The notes below the pieces were generated by a model. The model was given only the letters and a program-made list of their open reading frames with translations, searched no databases and had not been told where the DNA came from. Below, one piece after another: positions 18,181 to 27,077 of a stretch of 64,000 nucleotides of DNA. Source of the stretch: a virus; the IMG/VR virus record IMGVR_UViG_3300012971_000890. One strand, given 5' to 3'. How positions within the stretch are numbered: the stretch's first letter is position 1; each line of letters starts with the position of its first letter. The position numbers were made by a program, and so were the translations under genes.

Positions 18181-19287
18181 TTAGGCGTTCGCCCCCGCCG
18201 GTTGCGGCTGTTGCATCCGCACGGCCTGGGCCTTGAGGTCGGTGATGGCCGTCTCCAGGTTGGTGAGCCGGCGCATCTTGGTGCGGTTGGTGGCGAGGTC
18301 GCTCACGTCACGCAGGGGAATGGTCTGGAGCTTGAGGGTCCAAGCCTCGATCTCCTCGAAGATGCTGCCGCTCGAACTGATGCGGTCGTAGGCGTTGCGA
18401 ACCGTCATCTCGTCGTCCGTCAGCAACTCCAGGCCCTCCGGGGACGCCAGGATCGTGGGCAGGCGGTCGCGGGTGTCCTTGACTTCCTTGATCTGCCGGT
18501 TGGCCACCAGATCATCGAAGGTCTTGTGGTTGGCCTCGTCGCTCTCGATCCAGGCCCGCAGCGTCTCGTCGCGCATGATCTGGCGGTAGTGCGACAGCAG
18601 GTTGCTCTGCGCCTTGGGGGCGGTGATGGTGCCACCCTCGGCGGCAATGCGAGCGCGGTGCTTGAGCAGCAGGTCGTAGGCATCCAGGCGGTTCTGCATG
18701 GAGTCCTTGTTCTCCCGCGTGCGCCGCGCCAACTCGTCCACCGTCGTGCCGGCCTGGTACAACTGCCACAGCACTTCCATCTGGTCGGGCTTCAGCCAGC
18801 CCTTCTTGGTGGAAACGTGCCAGTCCAGCAGCAACTTCTTCACATCCAGGTCGCTGGCTGCCTGGGGGATGCGGCAGAAGTAGATGTCCCGGATATTGGC
18901 CTTGATGGCGTCGGGAACCTCGGCGGACTGCAACAACTTGCGGAGGCACACCAAACGCCGGTTGCCCTCAGCAACAATGTCATCGGGGCGGACGAAGGGC
19001 ATTTCAATCAGCCCGCCGTCCCCCAGGATTTGCTGGTAGAGGGCCTTCGTGTCCGCCTGCTGCCAGATGCGCTCCTCCATCTGCTGCTCGGTCACGCCGT
19101 TGGAGAAACCCAATTCGGCGTGCAGGCGGGGATTGCTGAGGTCCAGGTGCAGATTGGCCACCGGACCCTTCTCCACCCCAATTGGGAGGGGCTTGCCTCC
19201 GACGTAGATGTTGTGGGTGGGAGTGGCGGGCGCGGGCCGATGCGGGGCGGGCGCAGCGTTCCGCCGCGCCCCAGGGGGGTTAGGCAT
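18181..19287 (-). CDS. ParB-like nuclease domain protein
   Basis: LHLDLSNPRLH, GGLIEMPFVRPDD..EGNRRLVCLRKL resemble the ParB N-terminal domain. Confidence 0.55.
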   Translation of the reverse strand: MPNPPGARRNAAPAPHRPAPATPTHNIYVGGKPLPIGVEKGPVANLHLDLSNPRLHAELGFSNGVTEQQMEERIWQQADTKALYQQILGDGGLIEMPFVRPDDIVAEGNRRLVCLRKLLQSAEVPDAIKANIRDIYFCRIPQAASDLDVKKLLLDWHVSTKKGWLKPDQMEVLWQLYQAGTTVDELARRTRENKDSMQNRLDAYDLLLKHRARIAAEGGTITAPKAQSNLLSHYRQIMRDETLRAWIESDEANHKTFDDLVANRQIKEVKDTRDRLPTILASPEGLELLTDDEMTVRNAYDRISSSGSIFEEIEAWTLKLQTIPLRDVSDLATNRTKMRRLTNLETAITDLKAQAVRMQQPQPAGANA

Positions 19288-19419
19288 GACCTACTCCTTA
19301 CTAGAGAGAGTCAGCGACCAGCGCAGGAACACGGGTTCGTGTTGGAAACTGCGCTGGCCGGTTTGGCGACTCGATCAAACCACCCCACAGTATGGGAACC
19401 TCAAACCGATCTGTCAAGA

Positions 19420-20200
19420 TCAATCTTCGTCCTTTTCCACGGACTGGAACAGGATGTCGAACTTGCCCCGCATCACCCCCTGGATGTCGCGGGTCTTCAC
19501 CCCCAGCCGGTGGTCGGACACGCGGCTCAGGATGAAGTTGTAAGTTCTTATTTTCCCACCGCGCCCGCCGCTCCCCAGGGCGTCCTTGCGGGCCGAGGCG
19601 TAGGCGGCGTTGGCGGCATTGCGCCGTTTTTCGCGCCACCGGGCGTTGACGATCTTGATGGCCTCCTCCTTGTTCTTGCCCTGGTCGCGCCCGTTGATAA
19701 AGACCCGGATCGCCGGGTCTTTTTTATAGACGCACCGAATGGCTGAGGCCACTTTGTTTACGTTCTGCCCACCGGCATTCTGCTTCCCCGTCTGGGCAGT
19801 GATCTCCAAGTCAGAGAGCGGGATCACGTCCTTGGGATCGGCTGGGGGCAAGGGCAGGACGGCCACCGAGATCATGCTGGTCTGGCGGCGTCCCTTGGTT
19901 TCGGTGGGCGGGACACGCTGGACGCAGTGGCCCCCGGTTTCGTGCTGGAACGCCTGGAAGACGCCCCGGCCCCGGAACTGGATGATGATGTGGCCGTTTT
20001 CAGAAGTGAGGGTTTCGTGCTTGAAGCCCTTGGAATCCGCGTATTTGCGGTAGGCTTCCGCCAAGGATTCGACAAACAGTTTGCTGTCGTCGCCACCCTC
20101 ACCGAACTGAAGTTCAACGATCAGTTCGGTGGCGCGCTCAAAGGGAGTCCAGGGGCTTGTTTTGGCCGACCCACTCCTGGTGGATGTGACGCTTGAATTT
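19420..20200 (-). CDS. class I peptide-chain release factor homolog lacking domain 1 (RF1-type PxT; PrfH-like); N-terminus uncertain
   Basis: GGQ (AGGQNVNK), PPT motif (VQRVPPTETKGRRQTS), RTYNF..VSDHR blocks; homology (ELQFGEGGDD) extends upstream of the TTG ORF start toward an ATG ORF ending CTT TGA. Confidence 0.6.
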
Positions 20201-20284
20201 CTTGCTCATGGCAATCGCTCCTTTCGGTGAGAGAAAGTTTCCCACCAGTATCGTACTGGCGGGGCGGGGATTTGTCAACCCGAT

Positions 20285-20296
20285 CCTATATAGAGG
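20285..20296 (+). promoter_or_regulatory. CCTATATAGAGG promoter-like motif
   Basis: Upstream of the 20298 ATG. Confidence 0.35.
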
Positions 20297-20297
20297 C

Positions 20298-20582
20298 ATG
20301 AAATCATTTGACCAATGGCTTCGAGAAAAAGACCCGGAGTTGGTCGAGGGGCTGCTGGGAGGGCTGAGCAAGGCGGCGGCACTGACCCTGGGGTTAGGGG
20401 GCAAGGGGCTGGCGGCACTAGGAGGGGGCGCGGCGGGCACCTTGTTGGGAGGACCGGCGGGGGCGATTCCTGGCGCACTCGGCGCGATGGCGTTGGCGGA
20501 TAAACCCATCGACAAGGGGTTGAGTTACTTATTCCCAAAGGCCACCACCGACTTGATGAAGAAGAAGATGCGGAAGAAATAA
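20298..20582 (+). CDS. glycine-rich small protein (MKSFDQW N-terminus)
   Basis: 95 aa; GLGGKGLAALGGGAAGTLLGGPAG; Lys-rich tail. Confidence 0.5.
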   Translation: MKSFDQWLREKDPELVEGLLGGLSKAAALTLGLGGKGLAALGGGAAGTLLGGPAGAIPGALGAMALADKPIDKGLSYLFPKATTDLMKKKMRKK

Positions 20583-20583
20583 A

Positions 20584-20615
20584 CCAGGCCACCCGAAGGT
20601 GGCCTGGCTCGTTTA
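20584..20615. terminator. bidirectional hairpin terminator between convergent genes
   Basis: CCAGGCCACC-CGAA-GGTGGCCTGG 10-bp stem. Confidence 0.6.
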
Positions 20616-20633
20616 CTGCGGTGGCGAACCTAT

Positions 20634-21353
20634 CTAGTCCTTATTCTCGTTTTCAAGTTCCACGTTCCAATAGCACACGTCGAGCCATTGCTTCCAGCTT
20701 TGGTAATAAACATCGCCCTTGAAGAAGTTATATTCCGGCTTCTTCGGCTCGCGGATGGTGGCCTCCCACGTCTTCCGGCCACTCTGGAAATGGCAGGTGA
20801 AGTAGGTAACCTGAACGTTATGCTCCACGACCACCTTGCGCCGGGGCATCCGGTCAGCCTTCGCCTTGTTACAGGCGATGCACGCCAGGCAGCAGTTCTC
20901 CCAGGTCGTTTTGCCACCCAGGCTGCGAGGCGTGATGTGGTCGATGGTCAGTTCCTCGGACGGGAACTTCTTGTGGCAATACTGGCAGCGCAAGCCATCC
21001 CGCTTGTAGATCGTCCGCCGGCTGAAGTGAATCTTCTGGATCGGCAGCTTGTCGTACCGATTCAGCTTGATGACTTCAGGAATGCGGAACGTCCCCCGGC
21101 AGCCGTGAATAGCGGCCTCGTCGTCCTTCGGGCGCAACTCGGCCCACTGCTGCCAGGTGTAAGGCTGGAAGCTGTACTGTGGCGACCCGTCGTCGCTGTG
21201 CCCGATAACCTCGTGGTCCACGATCTCGGCTTTCGGCGCACCGTGGGCGTCCGTGCTAAACAGCATGACGATAGCACGCGGCAGAGTGACCACCCCCACG
21301 GCGGTCCAGTTCTTGTTGAGTACCAAACACTTACGGTGCGCGAAAGTTCTCAT
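20634..21353 (-). CDS. HNH endonuclease
   Basis: CQYCHKKF..LTIDHITPRSLGGKTTWENCCLACIACN HNH motif. Confidence 0.75.
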   Translation of the reverse strand: MRTFAHRKCLVLNKNWTAVGVVTLPRAIVMLFSTDAHGAPKAEIVDHEVIGHSDDGSPQYSFQPYTWQQWAELRPKDDEAAIHGCRGTFRIPEVIKLNRYDKLPIQKIHFSRRTIYKRDGLRCQYCHKKFPSEELTIDHITPRSLGGKTTWENCCLACIACNKAKADRMPRRKVVVEHNVQVTYFTCHFQSGRKTWEATIREPKKPEYNFFKGDVYYQSWKQWLDVCYWNVELENENKD

Positions 21354-21450
21354 TTTTTCCCCCTATAACATGGGTTTCCTCCGGTTGAACATGGTGTCCT
21401 TACAGGCTGACACCGGCCTCGGCAGATAGGTTCACAGGAACAACCCGAAC

Positions 21451-21831
21451 CTAGTCAAAGAACGCCCCCAGGTCAGGAGCCTCGCCCAGCTTGGGCGGGT
21501 GCTGCTTGAGGCGGTGGGCGTATAGTCGTTCCAACTCCCCCTTCTTCCAGAAGACACTTTTGATGACTTCCTGGGGCACCGGCTTGCCCTGAGCGAGCGC
21601 CACGGCGACGGCATGTTTATGGAAGTCGGCATCGGGCCAGTCCTCAATCGCCTGCCTTGACGCGCGGACTTCCGGGACGTTGCTGCATAGCGGGTAGCCG
21701 CCGTGCTGCTGACACAATTCCTGGTGGTGGCGAAATAGCGCCTCCCGGTGGGCCATCGCTTCTTCCCTGGTCATTTCCCAGGGTTCCCGGCTTTCTGCTA
21801 TCTCCAGCCACCTTCGGAAGTCAGTCATCAA
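21451..21831 (-). CDS. hypothetical protein (MTDFRRW N-terminus)
   Basis: 126-aa ORF. Confidence 0.45.
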   Translation of the reverse strand: MMTDFRRWLEIAESREPWEMTREEAMAHREALFRHHQELCQQHGGYPLCSNVPEVRASRQAIEDWPDADFHKHAVAVALAQGKPVPQEVIKSVFWKKGELERLYAHRLKQHPPKLGEAPDLGAFFD

Positions 21832-22102
21832 TGCTCCGATACCTGGGTAACACCTTCCCTTTCCTTGCTTGGGCTACGTCGGCCAGGCGGTTCCTGGCCA
21901 TCCTATCTATGGACCTGTCCAGCAACTCTGTCGTCTCCTGCCGGTGCTGTTGCAAAGTTCGCTGAATTTCGCGGTTGTGGTCAATATAAAGGTCCGTCTT
22001 TATATCCCGGAGCCTTTTCTCAAAATACATTCCCACGAAGGCCACCGCCAGCAGCAGAACCAGGAACCCCACCATAAACAGGAAAAATACTTCACTCGTC
22101 AT
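21821..22102 (-). CDS. small membrane protein
   Basis: N-terminal TM helix; C-terminus ends PRYRSIDD. Confidence 0.45.
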   Translation of the reverse strand: MTSEVFFLFMVGFLVLLLAVAFVGMYFEKRLRDIKTDLYIDHNREIQRTLQQHRQETTELLDRSIDRMARNRLADVAQARKGKVLPRYRSIDD

Positions 22103-22625
22103 CCAGTGACCTATATTTCTTGGGCGGCTCCACCGCCCGCTTCCTCGGCCCCTTTTTCGGTCGGGGCGGGGTGCGCTTCATCTTTTCATACTGCTCCAAG
22201 TAGGCGGTGTCCAGCAGAACTTTGAAATCTGACAACTGGCTTTGCAGCTTCGCGGTCAACTCGGCCTTAACCTGGGCCGCGCCGTCCGTCACCACCTGCT
22301 TTGCCTCCTGCACCAGTTTCCGAGCCTCGCCGCCGACCCTCCCCACGTCCCTTTGGATCGTCTGAACGGCTTGATCGACCTTCGACGCCGCATCCCTTTG
22401 CAGGACTTCTAGTTGCGCGTTCACATGGGCCTCAAGTTCCTGGGACTTCTTCCCCAGAAAGTCGTGGAAGTGAACACGGTAGCTGTCGAGGTCCGCCTCG
22501 CGCCGGTCCAGCCGCCATTGCAGGTGCAACACCCGCCTTATGAGCCACGCTATTGTGCCGCCAGCCGACAAGGCCAGGAGCGCAAAAAGCGTCCATGCAA
22601 GCGCACCCATACCTGGATTGTACAC
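22092..22625 (-). CDS. membrane-anchored coiled-coil protein
   Basis: N-terminal TM then long coiled-coil; C-terminus KKYRSLDDE resembles the neighbour's. Confidence 0.5.
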   Translation of the reverse strand: MYNPGMGALAWTLFALLALSAGGTIAWLIRRVLHLQWRLDRREADLDSYRVHFHDFLGKKSQELEAHVNAQLEVLQRDAASKVDQAVQTIQRDVGRVGGEARKLVQEAKQVVTDGAAQVKAELTAKLQSQLSDFKVLLDTAYLEQYEKMKRTPPRPKKGPRKRAVEPPKKYRSLDDE

Positions 22626-22652
22626 CGGAAAGGGCGGGTTGTAAACTGGTAA

Positions 22653-23114
22653 TTAGTAGAGCCGGAGCGGATGAGTCCCTTCCGGGCCGGTGATGGCGTC
22701 AATGGCGTCGGCCTGGTTGGGGCCGATGCCCAGGGCGGTGTTAGTCGCCATCCCCTTGCGGCCCTGGCCGGCGGCAGTCAGGCCCAGGTCTTGAATTAAA
22801 AAGGTTTCAAGCCCCGCGATCTCGCACAGACGCTTGACCTCCAGCAGTTCATCCTCGTTCTGGGCCTGGAGGACGACCTTGGTGGTCAGGGTGCTTTCCA
22901 GCCACTCACGCTGGTCGGGGGTGATGCGAAGAATGTCCCATATGGTGGTGCCGGAGAACCCCTGAGCCGCCTGGAGAATGCGTTCCACCAGGAAGGCGCA
23001 GGCGGCGTGGCTACCCTGGGCGATCTCCTTCCCCCTCCGCATACCCACATCCCTGCGGATCACCAGCACTTGCTTCACGTTGTCGCCGGGCTTCGGCGTA
23101 GCTGATTCCATTGG
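22653..23114 (-). CDS. peptidyl-tRNA hydrolase, PTH2 family
   Basis: KQVLVIRRDVGMRRGKEIAQGSHAA and GMATNTALGIGP blocks typical of PTH2; start uncertain (ATG 23114 or downstream GTG). Confidence 0.6.
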   Translation of the reverse strand, partial: PMESATPKPGDNVKQVLVIRRDVGMRRGKEIAQGSHAACAFLVERILQAAQGFSGTTIWDILRITPDQREWLESTLTTKVVLQAQNEDELLEVKRLCEIAGLETFLIQDLGLTAAGQGRKGMATNTALGIGPNQADAIDAITGPEGTHPLRLY

Positions 23115-23304
23115 GGCCTCGCTTGCAGTTGATTTCTTCTTTGGTATCTTCCCGTACCCAGACCAGGAAATCGCACAGGACCGCGTAACGTTCCTTTGCG
23201 TCTTCGTGCTTACTATACTCCGAGAACAACCAGTGTGCCACCTTGATTTCCAGGTGTTCCTGAAACTCCTCAAGAAAGTCGGCCATATGCTCGAATGATG
23301 GCAT
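23011..23304 (-). CDS. hypothetical protein (overlaps the PTH2 5' end)
   Basis: 97-aa ORF; overlaps the neighbour. Confidence 0.25.
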   Translation of the reverse strand: MPSFEHMADFLEEFQEHLEIKVAHWLFSEYSKHEDAKERYAVLCDFLVWVREDTKEEINCKRGPNGISYAEARRQREASAGDPQGCGYAEGEGDRPG

Positions 23305-23506
23305 TGTATCCCTCGTAGCGGTTAGGGGCCTTTTCTTCGGGGTTGGTCAGGTCGTAAAATACGGAGGCCGGAATGCCCATACTTTCGTACAACTTGCTGT
23401 TGAAATATTCAAGATCGGCGGCGAAGCCGGTGGACACAGGCGGCAAAAACAAAAACATATCTTCCAACTGATATTGCAAAGCCCATTCTTCATATGTGCG
23501 CATCAA
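23270..23506 (-). CDS. hypothetical protein (MRTYEEW N-terminus)
   Basis: 78-aa ORF. Confidence 0.4.
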   Translation of the reverse strand: MMRTYEEWALQYQLEDMFLFLPPVSTGFAADLEYFNSKLYESMGIPASVFYDLTNPEEKAPNRYEGYNAIIRAYGRLS

Positions 23507-24033
23507 TATTCCTCTTCAATCGTGGCACGGAACCATGTGAACTTGCTGAAGCAGACGTGCAGTTCCGTCCCGTCGCTAAAAAGAATATGATGCACGAAAC
23601 GCCCCTGGTCATCAATATCAAATTCGTCGTACAACCAGAGGAACGCCCACTCCTCGCCGTCCTTGGGAAAACCGGCACCGCGATGCGTTTCTGCGTGCGG
23701 CTCGGCTTCGAGCAAATAACTGATGGACACCAGCATCGGCTTGGCGTCCTCGTCCTCTGGAGGTTGCTTGCGACCAAAATCCAGGCGGGCGACGATTTTG
23801 AATTCCTTGCCGGCCCGGTAGACCCCGGCGGTTCGGCACCAGGGGTCAGGAGCGGCATCATGCAGGCAGATCAGGTTGAGGAACTTCTGCGCCCCCGCCG
23901 GGAGGATCGGTTCCTTCTCCTTGAGCCACTTTTCGTACTCCTCGCACGCGGCCTCCCAATCTACCGCGACTTTTTCCTGGTCCTCGCTCGCGTCGTTCAT
24001 TCGATTTACGAGATCGGCGCTCATGAACCGCAT
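23503..24033 (-). CDS. hypothetical acidic protein
   Basis: 176-aa ORF. Confidence 0.45.
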   Translation of the reverse strand: MRFMSADLVNRMNDASEDQEKVAVDWEAACEEYEKWLKEKEPILPAGAQKFLNLICLHDAAPDPWCRTAGVYRAGKEFKIVARLDFGRKQPPEDEDAKPMLVSISYLLEAEPHAETHRGAGFPKDGEEWAFLWLYDEFDIDDQGRFVHHILFSDGTELHVCFSKFTWFRATIEEEY

Positions 24034-24232
24034 ACGCTCTCTCCTTATATTTGTCCCCGCACTGGTCGCATTTGAAAACCAGGGTCACCACCCGGTCCCA
24101 ACTCTCCTTGACGAACTCGGCGTGGATGAACCCGCCGCACTCACACTTCTTGGGGTAGCCTAGCCAGCACTCCCCGCACCGCCGATCACCGACCTGATGT
24201 TCGGCCTTCCCTACCAGAATTGTAACAGCCAT
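23858..24232 (-). CDS. putative zinc-ribbon protein (3' extent uncertain)
   Basis: CGECW..CECGG..CDQCG pairs; C-terminal tail low-complexity and overlaps the downstream gene. Confidence 0.3.
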   Translation of the reverse strand: MAVTILVGKAEHQVGDRRCGECWLGYPKKCECGGFIHAEFVKESWDRVVTLVFKCDQCGDKYKERAYAVHERRSRKSNERRERGPGKSRGRLGGRVRGVRKVAQGEGTDPPGGGAEVPQPDLPA

Positions 24233-24267
24233 ATTTCCATTCCTTCTTCCCCTTATCGGAAGTAAAG

Positions 24268-25230
24268 TTATAAAACCACTTCACGGTCGCTGAACGCCGA
24301 CAGGATGCGCACGCGGCCCTCGCCTGCCTGCACGCCCCCAATGATGGCGGCGGTGGGCAGTTGCCGCAGCACGGTGGGCGTGTTCTCAGGATGCACTGCC
24401 ATGATGAAACCGATGCCGCAGTTGAAGATGCGGTACATCTCCTCGTCCGTCACCCCCTTATTATATATGTCCCGGAATATTTGCTGGGGCTGGAGTTGGT
24501 GTTGCCGCCCGATGCAAATGTCAACATTTCGCGCCGGCTTGAATTTCGTGTAAGCGCCCCCGGTGACGTGCAGTGCGCCGTGGGCGATTTCAATGATCGG
24601 GAAGCAGGCGTCCCAATACAGCGCGGTCGGCATCAAGAAATCATCCGGCCATTCCCCGTTAGGCAGGAACGGGTCTTGGGCGTGCAGTTCACGGACCTTG
24701 GTAAAGCCGTTGGAGTGCAGGCCGGTGCTGGCCACCCCGATCAAATCATCCCCTTCGAGGTATTGGTTGACGGTGTAAATAGCGACCAGGCCCGACACGG
24801 TGAGGCTCACGTCCATCGCGTCGGTCATGTCGTTAATGCTCGTCTCGCCGCCGGTCATGGCGATGTGGCGTGGCTTGCAGTGCTTCGCCAGGGCCTCCAC
24901 GACGCCCACCACGGCCTCGTCGTCTTCCCAGGGCAGGGTGATGTGGTTTTGGAGTTTGAGGGGCTGCGCCCGGTACATCAGCAGGTCATTGAGGTTCATT
25001 GCCAGGGCGTCCAGGGCGGCGTACTCCCAGGTCCGGGCCTCCCAATGAAAGTAACCCTTGGTGCCGATCCCGTCCGTATGGTCCACATGGCCGCAGGTCT
25101 GCACGAGGTTGCTGCTCAAAAAGAAAACCGCGTGGTCGCCGTAGTCCACCACGCGAAGGAACGGGGTGTCCCAGGTGGTCCTGATAATTTCCAGTACCCG
25201 ACTGGTGCTGGGTTTAGTGGGGTCATACAT
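24268..25230 (-). CDS. purM: phosphoribosylformylglycinamidine cyclo-ligase (AIR synthetase)
   Basis: AMTGGETS, GLHSNGFT, FNCGIGF; GGAG RBS plus ATG at 25230. Confidence 0.85.
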   Translation of the reverse strand: MYDPTKPSTSRVLEIIRTTWDTPFLRVVDYGDHAVFFLSSNLVQTCGHVDHTDGIGTKGYFHWEARTWEYAALDALAMNLNDLLMYRAQPLKLQNHITLPWEDDEAVVGVVEALAKHCKPRHIAMTGGETSINDMTDAMDVSLTVSGLVAIYTVNQYLEGDDLIGVASTGLHSNGFTKVRELHAQDPFLPNGEWPDDFLMPTALYWDACFPIIEIAHGALHVTGGAYTKFKPARNVDICIGRQHQLQPQQIFRDIYNKGVTDEEMYRIFNCGIGFIMAVHPENTPTVLRQLPTAAIIGGVQAGEGRVRILSAFSDREVVL

Positions 25231-25239
25231 ATATAACTC
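25228..25239 (+). promoter_or_regulatory. CATATATAACTC promoter-like motif in the purM/25271 divergent region
   Basis: TATATAAC core about 30 nt upstream of the 25271 ATG. Confidence 0.35.
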
Positions 25240-25270
25240 CGTGAGAAACTTTCTCGAATTCCTCGATCTG

Positions 25271-25684
25271 ATGGAGAGGTACAAGCGAACCGCCGCCAAG
25301 TCGGAGAACTACCCGCTCAGCTACGGCGGCATCGGCAACTATCCGCCCTCGTATCTTATCACCAACGCCGCCGACGCCGTTACCTACTTTGACGAGGACG
25401 AGCGGTTGTTCAAAACCAACGACGCCCGGCCTTTTCAAATTACCAAGATCAACGGCAGCATCATTCCGCCCAAGGAACATGGGATGCCCGGCGAGGAAGT
25501 CCCCCAGAAGGCTCACGGTATGCCCGGCATCGAGCGGTTCCCCAAGGAGACGACGATGCCCGGTCGCATTGTGCCCTTTACGTCCTGGGTCGCCCTGGTC
25601 ACGAAGCCCAAGTTGCTGGACCCATCGAAAGAACCTTCACAAGTGATTCATCCTTGGCCGAAAGTGCCCGACCCGAACCCATGA
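25271..25684 (+). CDS. hypothetical protein with HGMPG/MPG repeats
   Basis: Internal ATG after the TATATAAC motif; repeated xHGMPGxE units. Confidence 0.4.
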   Translation: MERYKRTAAKSENYPLSYGGIGNYPPSYLITNAADAVTYFDEDERLFKTNDARPFQITKINGSIIPPKEHGMPGEEVPQKAHGMPGIERFPKETTMPGRIVPFTSWVALVTKPKLLDPSKEPSQVIHPWPKVPDPNP

Positions 25685-25940
25685 CCTCAATGGCAAACTG
25701 CTTACGGGCCAGGCTGCGCTTGCGGTCTTCGCCGGTCTTTATCGGCTGTTGATGGTGCTTGACCATCTGTACCAGCACGTCGGAAAGGCACGGTGCAACA
25801 ATATACTGTCGCTCAAGCAGCATGTCCATTGTCTGGCGCAGGAGTGACAGATCGGCACCAATGGTCCAACAGGCGTCGGTGATCGCGCTCACCAAAATCC
25901 GGTTCCGCCAGATTTCAGTCGTCCTTATCCCGGATGGCAT
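25599..25940 (-). CDS. hypothetical protein
   Basis: 113-aa ORF; partially overlaps the 25271 gene. Confidence 0.3.
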   Translation of the reverse strand: MPSGIRTTEIWRNRILVSAITDACWTIGADLSLLRQTMDMLLERQYIVAPCLSDVLVQMVKHHQQPIKTGEDRKRSLARKQFAIEVMGSGRALSAKDESLVKVLSMGPATWAS

Positions 25941-26208
25941 TTTTCATCCTTGAAAGGTAATCCTGAAGCTCCCGACGCTTCAGGTACGCTTCCCGCTCCT
26001 CATCGGTCAGACGATCCACGTCTATATAGTACACTTTGTTGTCATCAACAGGGGGCGAACCGTTCTGGCGTTCGAGCAAGTGGAGGCGGGCGTGGTCTGC
26101 GGCCATCGCCAGGTTGTACCAGACCATGTTCGACATCGACATATGGAAGTTGGTCTGGCACCGTGCGCGAAGTGAAATGTCTTCCAGTTCTCTGATTGAA
26201 AATTCCAT
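25915..26208 (-). CDS. hypothetical protein
   Basis: 97-aa ORF, charged. Confidence 0.4.
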   Translation of the reverse strand: MEFSIRELEDISLRARCQTNFHMSMSNMVWYNLAMAADHARLHLLERQNGSPPVDDNKVYYIDVDRLTDEEREAYLKRRELQDYLSRMKNAIRDKDD

Positions 26209-26236
26209 TCAAAAGCTCCAAAATTGTAGTCCAGCG

Positions 26237-26248
26237 ACTATATACTCA
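26237..26248 (+). promoter_or_regulatory. GACTATATACTC promoter-like motif
   Basis: About 30 nt upstream of 26278; AAGGAG RBS. Confidence 0.35.
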
Positions 26249-26277
26249 TTATTCGCCCTGAACTACAAAGGAGCAAC

Positions 26278-26817
26278 ATGCCAAATTGCAAAAAATGCGG
26301 TGACCATTATCCGAACCGCGTCGTCATTAACGGCAAGGTCCGTATCTTGAATAAACGGAAGTTCTGCCTTAGCTGCTCGCCTTTCGGACGCCACAACTGC
26401 AAGGACTTGACCCGATACCCCAACGCCTCGGCCCCCAACGCCAAAATATGTCAACGTTGCAAACAGGAGTTAGCCCTGGAACATTTTTATCTGAGCAAGG
26501 GTCGGCCTATGAGCTATTGCAAAACTTGTGCAAACCAAATGACTATAGCAAAACAACGAAACATCAAACGGTGGGCGGTGGCATATAAAGGGGGTCAATG
26601 TGAACGGTGCGGTTACAACAAGTGCCTCGCAGCCCTGGAATTTCACCACAAGAACCCAGCCACAAAACGACTCACATTGGGAAGGAACCAGTCCTTCGAC
26701 TACGATTATTTGAAACAGGAATTGGATCAGTGTTCTCTGCTCTGCGCCAATTGCCACCGGGAAGTCGAGGACGCAAATCGGCAGTCCAAGAGTCGAACTT
26801 GGTGTAACGACTTATAA
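26278..26817 (+). CDS. HNH endonuclease with zinc ribbons
   Basis: LEFHHKNPATK..CSLLCANCHREVE; multiple CxxC pairs. Confidence 0.65.
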   Translation: MPNCKKCGDHYPNRVVINGKVRILNKRKFCLSCSPFGRHNCKDLTRYPNASAPNAKICQRCKQELALEHFYLSKGRPMSYCKTCANQMTIAKQRNIKRWAVAYKGGQCERCGYNKCLAALEFHHKNPATKRLTLGRNQSFDYDYLKQELDQCSLLCANCHREVEDANRQSKSRTWCNDL

Positions 26818-27077
26818 GGTCGTCCCTCAAAACCGTCGAGGACACTGCCGCTAGTCGATCCAACCGTCGCCCCGCCACCAGTGCCACAGGCGGTGCTTCA
26901 TTACCTCCCAGATGAGGCGGGAAACGCTGTCAGCGTGGTAACTCCCCGCCCTGACGACCAAAATATATTTACTCGTCATTGTTGTTTTTGCGGCCCGCCG
27001 CGAGCGCGACGATGCCGTAGATTATCAGGAGAATCGCGGGCACGAGAATCAGCCCGTAACACAAACTGCCGAACGCG

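Noticed and set aside
18145-19746. 533-aa plus-strand ORF
   Set aside because: It runs entirely antisense to the ParB-like gene and neighbours. Its Leu/Val/Gly/Arg/Ala-rich low-complexity translation is typical of open antisense frames in GC-rich DNA. It has no RBS and no recognisable domains.
19420-20200. Stop-codon reassignment (UGA recoding) implied by a phage RF1-type factor
   Set aside because: Many confident genes here end in TGA (for example 5933-6982) and no suppressor tRNA (UCA or CUA anticodon) is present, so standard code 11 applies.
24361-25236. 291-aa plus-strand ORF
   Set aside because: It is antisense to purM, which has unambiguous AIR-synthetase motifs.
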